Assembly (NCBI GenBank): GCA_002104945.1
Contig: MCFH01000027.1
Span: 558,001-622,000 of the forward strand
Source of the DNA: Piromyces finnis finn
Lineage: Eukaryota; Fungi; Neocallimastigomycota
DNA: 64,000 nucleotides
Direction: 5' to 3'
Part shown: positions 54,077-63,280 of the stretch, one piece after another
Layout: each line of letters starts with the position of its first letter
Position numbering within the stretch: position 1 is the first letter of the stretch
The notes under the pieces: model-generated
The model's database searches: none
What the model was told of the DNA's origin: nothing
What the model saw: only the letters and a program-made list of their open reading frames with translations
Position numbers and translations under genes: made by a program

Positions 54077-55406
54077 ATGCTGTATGTATTAAATTATACC
54101 TCTATAATAACATATTACTGTCTTTTTTTAAACACTTAATAAAACAAAATTTTCTTATTTATATAGTTCTAACAATAGATACGAATACCAAGAAAACAAC
54201 GAAAATGATTTCAACAATGATTCTTCCTATAATGTAAATAAAAAGCCATTTGGAAAGAAACCATTTGGTGAAAATAATAACCCATGTGGTAATAATAATT
54301 CATATGGTAGTAACAATAGCAATAATGAATATGGTAGACCACATCATCATTCTTCCTTTAATAATAATGATGAAGATAATAATGATAATAATAACAACGA
54401 GTACGGTAGACCACAAAATAACTATACTTCTTCCTTTGGAAATAATAATGATAATAATGAAAACAAGTTCGATAGACCACAAAACAACTATACTTCTTCC
54501 TTTGGAAATAATGATGATAATAATGACAACAAGTTCGGTAGACCACATCACCATTCCTCTTATGAAAATAATGAAGACAATGACAACAAGTTCGGTAGAC
54601 CACAAAACAACTCTAACACTTCTTATGGTAATAATGATGATAATAATGACAACAAGTTCGGTAGACCACAAAACAACTATACTTCTTCCTTTGGAAATAA
54701 TGATGATAATAATGAAAACAAGTTCGGTAGACCACAAAACAACTCTAACACTTCTTATGGTAATAATGATGATGATAATGACAACAAGTTCGGTAGACCA
54801 CATCACCATTCCTCCTATGGAAATAATGAAGATAATGACAACAAGTTCGGTAGACTACAAAACAATTCTAACACTTCTTATGGTAATAATGATGATAATA
54901 ATGACAATAAGTTTGGTAGACCACAAAACAACTATACTTCTTCCTTTGGAAATAATGATGATAATAATGAAAACAAGTTCGGTAGACCACAAAATAACTC
55001 TAATACTTCTTATGGTAATAATGATGATGATAATGACAACAAGTTCGGTAGACCACATCACCATTCCTCCTATGGAAATAATGATGAAAATAATGACAAC
55101 AAGTTCGGTAGACCACAAAACAACTCTAATACTTCTTATGGTAATAATGATGATGATAATGACAACAAGTTCGGTAGACCACATCACCATTCCTCCTATG
55201 GAAATAATGATGAAAATAATGACAACAAGTTCGGTAGACCACAAAACAACTATACTTCTTCCTTTGGAAATAATGATGATAATGACAACAAGTTCGGTAG
55301 ACCACAAAACAATTCTAACTCTTCTTTCGGTAATAGTAACAATAATTCATACAATAATAATTATTCAACCTATGAAAATGACACCAATGATTATGAAATG
55401 GAATAA
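54077..55406 (+). CDS. Spliced N/D/G/H-rich tandem-repeat protein, ~414 aa (absent from the ORF track)
   Basis: Exon 1 ATGCT (54077-54081, context ccaaaATG, donor GTATGT). Acceptor at 54166 (or in-frame alternative at 54178). The frame TCT AAC AAT AGA TAC... is open to TAA at 55404-55406 and uses host-preferred codons (AAG TTC GGT AGA CCA). Confidence 0.75.
54327..55340 (+). repeat. 16-unit coding minisatellite, mostly 57-66 bp units, anchored on aagttcggtagaccac (KFGRP)
   Basis: Three unit types: H (GRPHHHSSYG), Y (GRPQNNYTSSFG), S (GRPQNNSNTSYG). Order is H Y Y H S Y S H S Y S H S H Y S. Confidence 0.93.
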
Positions 55407-55874
55407 TATATTATAGTTGTTGAATTTAGAATATATTTTTTTCTAATATTGAAGCTTTCGTATATCTATTCTTAAATATTAAAAATTACTATTGTAAATA
55501 TATATATATATATATATATATATACTTTTTTTTTAGTTGTTTTATTATTTATAAAAATTAAAATTAAAATATATATCAATTAAAAACAAAAAATACATTT
55601 TTATCATTGTATCGTTTATGTCATATTAAAAATAAATAATAAAAAATATAAATAATTAAAAAAAAAAAAATAAAGATCATATCATATTTTTCTTCTAATA
55701 TTTTTAATTAAAAGAAAATTGTATTTATAATTTATCATTATTATATTTTTATATTAAAGTAATATATAATTGAGATTTTGGTAATAATATTTTTAAATAC
55801 AAAATGAATCAAAAATTTATTAAATAACAATTCTTTTGGTTTGAATTTCTTATTCAACAGTATGTCTTAAGATA

Positions 55875-55886
55875 TCAATTCTTCCC
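55875..55886 (+). repeat. Left target-site duplication of LINE copy B (tcaattcttccc)
   Basis: Identical to 61466-61477 immediately after the poly(A) tail; 13 bp if the preceding A is counted. Confidence 0.92.
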
Positions 55887-56120
55887 CCCTCTTGGGAACG
55901 TGCCTTCATTTATTTAATAAATGTAGTTTCTCAAGGGGGTCTACTCATGCTCATGGTACTGAGAGAGTAGAAAGAATTAAATCCAAGCATTGCGCAATGG
56001 ATGCTTGGTTAGTCTTTAAGGGAAAATTATTAGGACTAAGCTCATGGTACTGAGCGATTAAAAAACATTTTATTCATCGAATTAAGTATTTGATGAATAA
56101 GTTGAATGTTTGATATTCAG
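55887..56120 (+). other. Structured LINE 5' leader: chain of predicted stem-loops
   Basis: Stems found by eye: 55887-55939, 55941-55970, 55983-56008, 56009-56039, 56040-56055, 56070-56100. No folding calculation was run. Confidence 0.6.
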
Positions 56121-56651
56121 GTAAGTTTGTATAGTATTTAATTAGAAGAGTAATACATTTTGTTGCTGTATTTTTTCTTTTATTCATGTATTCATGTAGT
56201 ACTACTCTTCTCTTGTAAGAATCCAATGTAGTCAACTTTAGCATTTGCATTGTATTTTTATATTCATGTAGCTATTGTTGTATTGTTTCTTGTAAGAGAC
56301 TGATTCACTCTACATCATGTAAAAATACTATTCACAAGCTTTCTGGTGTCGACATTCTTGATTCAAATTTTTTACCAATTTAAATATTTAATGAAAAGTA
56401 AAGTCAAACAAGTTTAGTGTCAAAAAGCGATTCGAATTTACTAACAACAAACCAAAACTAGAATTTTTAAAGAAAATTTACAACTAGAATTCAAAAAAAG
56501 AAACTTTAAACAAAGCATCGTAACAATTTTTGTACTATCCAGTACTTTTAAGAAGAGAGAGAGAGACAGATTTTTTTTCCATATACGTTATATTTATAAT
56601 TTTTATTAGTATTTATTTTATATTCAATATTTTTAATTAGAATTTATTATC

Positions 56652-59600
56652 ATGTCAGTCCTTTATATTAAAGACAAGAATTATATCAGACGTGGTACCC
56701 GGTCTTATGGTATCCCCTTAGATGATATTCGCTCCTTCTTTATCCGTGGTATTCGATCATGGTCAGTAAATATGCTATGGGAAAAACTCGAGGTTATTCT
56801 AGAAGATAAATTTAATTCAGTTATTAGTGTTAAATATTTTCAGACTTTCAATGATCACTTTTTCTTAGTCAAGGTTCATGGTTCATCGAAAGATTGTATT
56901 AAAATCTTACACATGTTAAAGAAGAAACTTTCAGTTACCTCAATTTCCTTTTCAGCTCGTAGTAGAAGGAATCACAAATACACTTTTTCCACTCTCAAAC
57001 GTAAAATTTTAATTTCTAATAAACATCAACATTCTATTCAACAATCATTTCAACAATCAGTTCAACAATCTCATCAACAATCCGATCTTCAACTAGATCT
57101 TCAACAAGATCTTCAACAAGTTTCCAATCATGAAAATATTCCAGATCTACAGCAAACACAATTTCAATCTCAACATTCAACAATTAATTCTAATAGCTCT
57201 ATCAACTCTGATAACAGTTCAATAGTTGATAGTTCTTCAGTTTCACAGCCATCTAGTAATAGTTCTACTCATTCCTCTGATGCATCATCCATTAATAACG
57301 ATGACTTTAATAATAATAATAATAGCAACGATTCTTCCTCATCCAACAAGCCTGATAACTTTTCTTTTTGTCTTAGTTGGAACACCAATGGGTGGAATCA
57401 CGAAAAGAGAGATAGTATTAACTATTTCACAGCTATTTTCAAACCATTATTTTTATGTTTCCAAGGAACTGGTAATGGTTCTGGTTCGAATACAGATTAT
57501 CCTTGTCGTGTTACTTTGCGAAACTATAGACACTTTTTCAAGAAAGCTGACGAATCAGTTCCAGGAATGAGAGGTTTATATTTAGGTTTTCACAATTCGT
57601 GTCAAGCCTCACTTGAAAACTTCTCTGGAAAGTATATTATTTCTATTTATACTTTTAGTCTCTGGAATAGATTCAAATGCTCGATTGGAAATGTTTATAT
57701 GCCTCATAGTCATCACAACATCTATGTTGATCATGCAAAGTTAGAAGTTCGCTTGTGGTTACAAACTCATTCATCCCATCCATCGATTCTTGTTGGTGAT
57801 TTTAATATGTCTAAAGTAAAATTATCCAACTGGTTATCAACTAATGGATTAGGAGATTGGGAAATTCTTCCGCTTAGAGGGTCGACTATCTCTTGGACTC
57901 GAGGTGATCAATCTTCCGACATTGACCATGCTCTTATCAATTCGAAGATGAAAGATCTTATTCACTCAGGATCATTTATAAATAATTTTTATCCTGTATC
58001 AGACCATAAGCCACTTCTTATTAATGGTAAAATTATTCCTATGGAAGATTTTTCTAATGACTTTAATGTTCCTAAGAAAATTCTGAAATGGAATAGATTA
58101 AAATGTATTGAGGAAAAGGAATCTATTCTCAGTCATAATAAATTCCAAATACTTTCAGCAAAATTCAACGATCCTAATGTTTCTACAGATGAACTTTCCA
58201 AAGAGTTTACTTCAACTGCTTTTTCAATTGCAGACGAGCTCAGTATTACCTCAGCAAATAATGTTATAAAGTCTTCATTTCATATTTCACAACAAATTTT
58301 TAATCTTCAAAAAATCAAAATGAAGTTGTATAAGAGATTTAAAAAAGAAAGAATTTATGATATAGATGAATTTATTAAAAGAATTAAAATCTACCGTAAG
58401 CTCATTGATTACATCCACAAAAGATGTAATGAATTTAGGAAACAAGAATATCTTCATTGGATTAAAACAGGATGTGAGTATATGAAGAGTCATAATCCTA
58501 AGAAGGCCTGGAAATGGATCAAGAAAACTGCAAAAATTGGAAAAGATTCTTTCTTTATTGCTCAACCAATTAAAAATAAAAATGGAGAATTAGTTGTTGC
58601 TACGGAAGAACAACTAGATGTGTGGCATGATCATTTCGAAAATCTTGCATCAGATCCAAGTGGTGTAAGTCTTGATTTGGAGCATTGGTATGAAGAACCA
58701 ATGAATAAACGTTTTTCACTTCCTATGCTTGATGAGTGGGATATCAACCAAGATATTAGTATTGATGAAGTCAAGTCAGCTATCCTCTCTACTCCAAATT
58801 ATAAAGCATCAGGTCCGGATGGTATTCCAATTGAATTTTACAAAGCATTAATTCCATCAAGTAATGATTCTAATAATGCTACAGGTAATAATTCTTCTGG
58901 TAATACTACTTCAGATAATGATGCTCATGGTTTAAATTTTATTCTTAAATTATTTAACCGTATTTGGGATGGAGATTTCCCCAACTCATGGAATGAATCC
59001 AGTATTGTTTCTATTCCTAAGAAGGGAGATTTGACAGATTGTGATAACTATCGAGGTATATCACTTATCAATAATGGTATTAAGTTGATCTCCAAAATTG
59101 TCACCACTAGAATCTCAGAATATGGTCTAAAGAATAATTTCATTAGACCTGAACAATTTGGTTTTCGAAAAAAGGAAGAAAGTATCAGTCTTTTCATTTC
59201 AATCCAAGAAATATGCCGTAGACGTCAATTAGATAATAAAGAGACATATTTGGCCTTTTTAGATCTCAGGAAAGCATACGATTCAGTCCCAATCGGTAAT
59301 ATTCTCCATAAATTAGATTGTTTAGGAATCCGAGGTAAGAGTTTACAATTTATTAAAAATTTATATTTAACATCTAAGGCTAATGTCAAATTAGATGGAC
59401 AATTCTCGAAATCTTTTGATGTGAAGAAAGGAGTCCGTCAAGGTTGCCCACTTTCGCCTATTCTTTTTAATCTCTTTATTAATGATATATTTAAAGAGTG
59501 TGAAGATCTCGGAGTCAGTTTAGGTGACACTCGATGCTGTGGTGGACTTTTTGCAGATGATATAGTTATTTGTGCTCCAACAAGAGGATGCTTAAAAAAG

Positions 59601-61190
59601 ATGCTTAGAAGAGTTAATGAATGGGCCTTGTATAATGAAATGGAATTTGGTATCCAGAAATGTTCAACGATGGTGATTCGTCCTGAATCAATAGAAAATC
59701 AGAACAAGAGAGATCCAACATTTTACTTAGCAGGACAACCCATTCCAACTACTGACTGCTACACTTATCTTGGTGTTCCATTTGATAAGAATTTGTCCCT
59801 TAAACCAGTAATTAAAGTTCTTAATAACAAGGTTTTGAAAGGACTTTTCTCAGTCAGTAAATTCTTAAGAAATCCTAATATTCCTATTCCTTTCAAAAAG
59901 CTAGTACTTAACTCTCAAGTGATTAGCAGAGTTTCATACTTTGCACCATTACTTGGATCCAACAAAGCTAGGTCTAGGATTGCTCAGAAGCATGTTAACA
60001 AAGGAATACGATGGATTGCCGGAGTTCATAAAGCTGTATCGTTTATATCTTTATACTCTATCTCAAAAGATTTGAATATTCCTCCATTGTCAGCCAAATG
60101 TGCGTTAGCTCAGGTTAGATGTTTTAACAAATGGAAAATCTCAAATTGTATTATCTCACACCTTGTCAATTACATTCCTAAATTTAGAAAATACACGTGG
60201 TGCAAATCAAGTAGGACACTTGAAAAAAAACTAAAGAAGCATGGAGATGTTAAAGCAGTTAAAAACTTTTATTGGAAAGATCTCAAAGGGAATTCAATCA
60301 AAGCGCAATATTATGATGATAATAAATTTATTGAAACTAAAGATTTTATTAAATTATGTTATGAGTACCCAGAGTTTGCCTATGGCTTCTACTGGCTATT
60401 GAAAGCAAGAAGCGGATATAAGTTGGATGCTAGAGTTGCCAAAGCTGCTAAATTTGTTGATCCAGTTTGTCCTAACTACTGTCCATGTTGCAAGTGTGGA
60501 GATCAAAGTATTAAACATTGGTTATTAGATTGTCCAACATTTAGAGATATCCGTATTAAACATTATGATTCCATAGTCCAGCTATTAAATTTTTTCAGTC
60601 AACGTAATTCCAATAGTCTTATCAATAATAATGAAATTGATAATGTCAGTAGAGATAGCAATAACAGTAATAGTAATAGTAACAATAATAATAATAACAA
60701 TAGTAATAATAACAATAGTAGTAATAGTAATAATAGAAATAGTAATAATAACAATAGTAGTAATAGAAATAATAATATTAATAATGATAGCAATAGTGAA
60801 GATAATAATTCTAATTTAGATAGTAATTTAGTTAATGATAGTAATAGTTCTAATAATCCGGTGAATATTAATGTGTATGATTATTCTAGTGTGTGCAGTA
60901 AAATATTTAAATTCCTTCTTGGGGGAAGAAGTTTTAACAATATTAATTACAATTCAAGGGAATGGAAAGAACTTTGTAAGCGTCAGATTCAATCTGGTAC
61001 TAATGAAGGAGCACCATTCTTGACGGTAACCGCGGAACTTCTAACCAAAATCATGCCTTTTGCTATTGGCCAGCAATGGTCAATGTTCAAAAGGTTTGAA
61101 GCAACATCCAAGAGCGTCAATGCTGAAGAAACAGTAAGACAGGCCAGGAGGGCCAGCGCAACCAATGGAGATCATAATTTTGTTCCATGA
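56652..61190 (+). CDS. LINE single ORF, 1512 aa (APE-RT-CCHC), carrying E272G in the APE QE motif
   Basis: Same motifs as copy A. FQET becomes FQGT (GGA at 57465-57467). The extra 10 aa lie in the C-terminal Asn tract. Confidence 0.96.
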   Translation: MSVLYIKDKNYIRRGTRSYGIPLDDIRSFFIRGIRSWSVNMLWEKLEVILEDKFNSVISVKYFQTFNDHFFLVKVHGSSKDCIKILHMLKKKLSVTSISFSARSRRNHKYTFSTLKRKILISNKHQHSIQQSFQQSVQQSHQQSDLQLDLQQDLQQVSNHENIPDLQQTQFQSQHSTINSNSSINSDNSSIVDSSSVSQPSSNSSTHSSDASSINNDDFNNNNNSNDSSSSNKPDNFSFCLSWNTNGWNHEKRDSINYFTAIFKPLFLCFQGTGNGSGSNTDYPCRVTLRNYRHFFKKADESVPGMRGLYLGFHNSCQASLENFSGKYIISIYTFSLWNRFKCSIGNVYMPHSHHNIYVDHAKLEVRLWLQTHSSHPSILVGDFNMSKVKLSNWLSTNGLGDWEILPLRGSTISWTRGDQSSDIDHALINSKMKDLIHSGSFINNFYPVSDHKPLLINGKIIPMEDFSNDFNVPKKILKWNRLKCIEEKESILSHNKFQILSAKFNDPNVSTDELSKEFTSTAFSIADELSITSANNVIKSSFHISQQIFNLQKIKMKLYKRFKKERIYDIDEFIKRIKIYRKLIDYIHKRCNEFRKQEYLHWIKTGCEYMKSHNPKKAWKWIKKTAKIGKDSFFIAQPIKNKNGELVVATEEQLDVWHDHFENLASDPSGVSLDLEHWYEEPMNKRFSLPMLDEWDINQDISIDEVKSAILSTPNYKASGPDGIPIEFYKALIPSSNDSNNATGNNSSGNTTSDNDAHGLNFILKLFNRIWDGDFPNSWNESSIVSIPKKGDLTDCDNYRGISLINNGIKLISKIVTTRISEYGLKNNFIRPEQFGFRKKEESISLFISIQEICRRRQLDNKETYLAFLDLRKAYDSVPIGNILHKLDCLGIRGKSLQFIKNLYLTSKANVKLDGQFSKSFDVKKGVRQGCPLSPILFNLFINDIFKECEDLGVSLGDTRCCGGLFADDIVICAPTRGCLKKMLRRVNEWALYNEMEFGIQKCSTMVIRPESIENQNKRDPTFYLAGQPIPTTDCYTYLGVPFDKNLSLKPVIKVLNNKVLKGLFSVSKFLRNPNIPIPFKKLVLNSQVISRVSYFAPLLGSNKARSRIAQKHVNKGIRWIAGVHKAVSFISLYSISKDLNIPPLSAKCALAQVRCFNKWKISNCIISHLVNYIPKFRKYTWCKSSRTLEKKLKKHGDVKAVKNFYWKDLKGNSIKAQYYDDNKFIETKDFIKLCYEYPEFAYGFYWLLKARSGYKLDARVAKAAKFVDPVCPNYCPCCKCGDQSIKHWLLDCPTFRDIRIKHYDSIVQLLNFFSQRNSNSLINNNEIDNVSRDSNNSNSNSNNNNNNNSNNNNSSNSNNRNSNNNNSSNRNNNINNDSNSEDNNSNLDSNLVNDSNSSNNPVNINVYDYSSVCSKIFKFLLGGRSFNNINYNSREWKELCKRQIQSGTNEGAPFLTVTAELLTKIMPFAIGQQWSMFKRFEATSKSVNAEETVRQARRASATNGDHNFVP

Positions 61191-61393
61191 CAAAATTTTG
61201 ATCTTTGGCTCGGTGTCCCATTGGAAGTCAAATACAATTATTATACTTTAGTATGATAGTGGCTTTCTTACTTTAATTAAAATTACTAGAATACATTATA
61301 CCCAATTTTTATTCATTTGTGTTTATTTAAACATATTTTTTTTTATTTTTATTTATTTTTAATTTTTTATTACATGTATTATAATTTTAATTA

Positions 61394-61425
61394 AATAAAT
61401 AATAAAGTTTAAAATATTTGATGCC

Positions 61426-61465
<40 letters not shown>
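61394..61465 (+). terminator. AATAAA signals and poly(A) tail of LINE copy B
   Basis: AATAAA at 61394-61399 and 61401-61406, 22-29 nt upstream of the A37 run. Confidence 0.75.
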
Positions 61466-61468
<3 letters not shown>

Positions 61469-61477
61469 ATTCTTCCC
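61466..61477 (+). repeat. Right target-site duplication of LINE copy B
   Basis: tcaattcttccc, matching 55875-55886. Confidence 0.92.
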
Positions 61478-61784
61478 ACTTATAAAATGGATCTAATATT
61501 GTTTTTATTATTTTAGAGATAATAGATTATAATAGATGACTATTATTTTAATGATTATTTTTAAATAATTTTAATATTTAAATACAGTGTAATAAAATAT
61601 TAAAAAATTAGATAAAAAAAAAGAAATATATATATAAATATATTATGTACCTTAATATGAAAGATCACTACTGGCTTTTTTTATTATTATTCATGCAATA
61701 GCTATATTTGAGTATTTTTTTAAGACAAGAGAATATACCTCTTGTATTTATTTATTTTATTAAATTTAAATACTATTGGTGATA

Positions 61785-63209
61785 ATACATATTAACAAGA
61801 TTACTATTATTATTAATATTATTATTAATATTATTATTAATGTTATTATAACTATTAATATTATTATTATTGCTATCTCTACTGATATTAACATTTTCAT
61901 TATTATTGATAGGACTGTTGGAATTACGTTGACTGAAAAAAATGTAATAGCTGGACTATGCAATTGTAATGTTTAATACGGATATCTCTAAATGTTGGAC
62001 AATCTAATAACCAATGTTTAATACTTTGAACACCACACTTGCAACATGGACAGTAGTTAGGACAAACTGGATCAACAAATTTAGCAGCTTTGGCAACTCT
62101 AGCATCCAACTTGTATCCGCTTCTTGCTTTCAATAGCCAATAGAAGCCATAGGCAAACTCTGGGTACTCATAACATAATTTAATAAAATCTTTAGTTTCA
62201 ATAAATTTATTATCATCATAATATTGCGCTTTGATTGAATTCCCTTTGAGATCTTTCCAATAAAAGTTTTAACTGCTTTAACATTTCCATGTTTCTTTAA
62301 TTTTTTATCAAGTGTCCTACTTGATTTGCACCACGTGTATTTTCTATTATTTAGGAATGTAATTGACAAGGTGTGAGATAATACAATTTGAGTTTTTCCA
62401 TTTGTTAAAACATCTAACCTGAGCTAAAGCATATTTGGCTGACAATGGAGGAATATTCAAATCTATTGATATAGAGTATAGAGATATAAACGATACAGCT
62501 TTATGAACACCTGCAACCCATCGTTATCCTCTGTTAGCATGCTTCTGAGCAATCCTAGACCTAGCTTTGTTGGATCCAAGTAATAAAAGTATGAAACTCT
62601 GCTAATCACTTGTAAGTACTAGCTTTTTGAAAGGAATAGGAATATTAGGATTTCTTAAGAATTTACTGACTGAAAAAAGTCCTTTCAAAACTTTGTTATT
62701 AAGAGTTTTAATAACTGGTTTAAGGGACAGATTCTTATCAAATGGAACACCAAGATAAGTGTAGCAGTCAGTAGTTGGAATGGGTTGTCCTGCTAAGTAA
62801 AATGTTGGATCCCTCTTGTTCTGGTTTTCTATTGATTCAGGACGAATCACCATCGTTGAACATTTCTGGATACCAAATTCCATTTCATTATACAAAGCCC
62901 ATTCATTAACTCTTCTAAGCATTTTTTTTAAGCATCCTCTTGTTGGAGCACAAATAACTATATCATCAGCAAAAAGTTCACCATAGCATCGAGTGCCACC
63001 TAAACTAACTCCGAGATCTTCGCACTCTTTAAATATATCATTAATAAAGAGATTGAAGAGAATAGGAGAAAGTGGGCAACCTTGACGGACTCCTTTCTTC
63101 ACATCAAAAGATTTCAAGAATTATCCATCAAATTTGACATTAGCCTTAGATGTTAAATATAAATTCTTGATAAATTGTAAACCCTTACCTCTGATTCCTA
63201 AACAATCTA
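61785..63209 (-). pseudogene. Decayed internal LINE fragment (copy C): RT second half through the CCHC knuckle to the Asn tract, with frameshifts
   Basis: Matches copy A ~400-1910 at roughly 95% by eye. Indels break the ORF into pieces (62602-63117, 62130-62369, 61924-62133). No 3' UTR or poly(A). Confidence 0.93.
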
Positions 63210-63280
63210 TTGGCCATTAATGGCCAGTAACAAAAGGCATGATTTTAGTAAAAAGTTCCGCTGTTACCATCAAGAATAGT
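63209..63280 (-). pseudogene. Short, more diverged fragment of the LINE ORF C-terminus
   Basis: ttggccattaatggccagtaacaaaaggcatgattttagtaaaaagttccgctgttaccatcaagaatagt aligns to copy A ~169-239 at about 80-85% by eye. Confidence 0.8.

Larger units (their letters stand above)
55887..61465 (+). mobile_element. LINE copy B, full length (~5.58 kb), with TSD, 5' leader, single ORF, ~240 nt 3' UTR and poly(A) tail
   Basis: Starts CCCTCTTGGGAACG, the same terminus as copy A. Ends in A37 (61429-61465) and is flanked by a 12-13 bp TSD. Confidence 0.96.

Noticed and set aside
54327-55340. Regularly spaced repeats resembling a CRISPR array
   Set aside because: The 'spacers' are themselves repeated and in frame, the context is eukaryotic, and there are no cas genes; this is a coding minisatellite.
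54250-55416. 388-aa hydrophobic ORF and three antisense ORFs over the repeat
   Set aside because: Alternative frames of the AAT/GAT-rich coding minisatellite, which are stop-free because of its composition. The NKFGRP frame has host-preferred codons and a valid spliced ATG.
55940-56060. Hammerhead ribozyme core in the LINE leader
   Set aside because: The CTGA occurrences are followed by GAGA or GCGA and do not match CUGANGA in the right stem context; no hammerhead was called.
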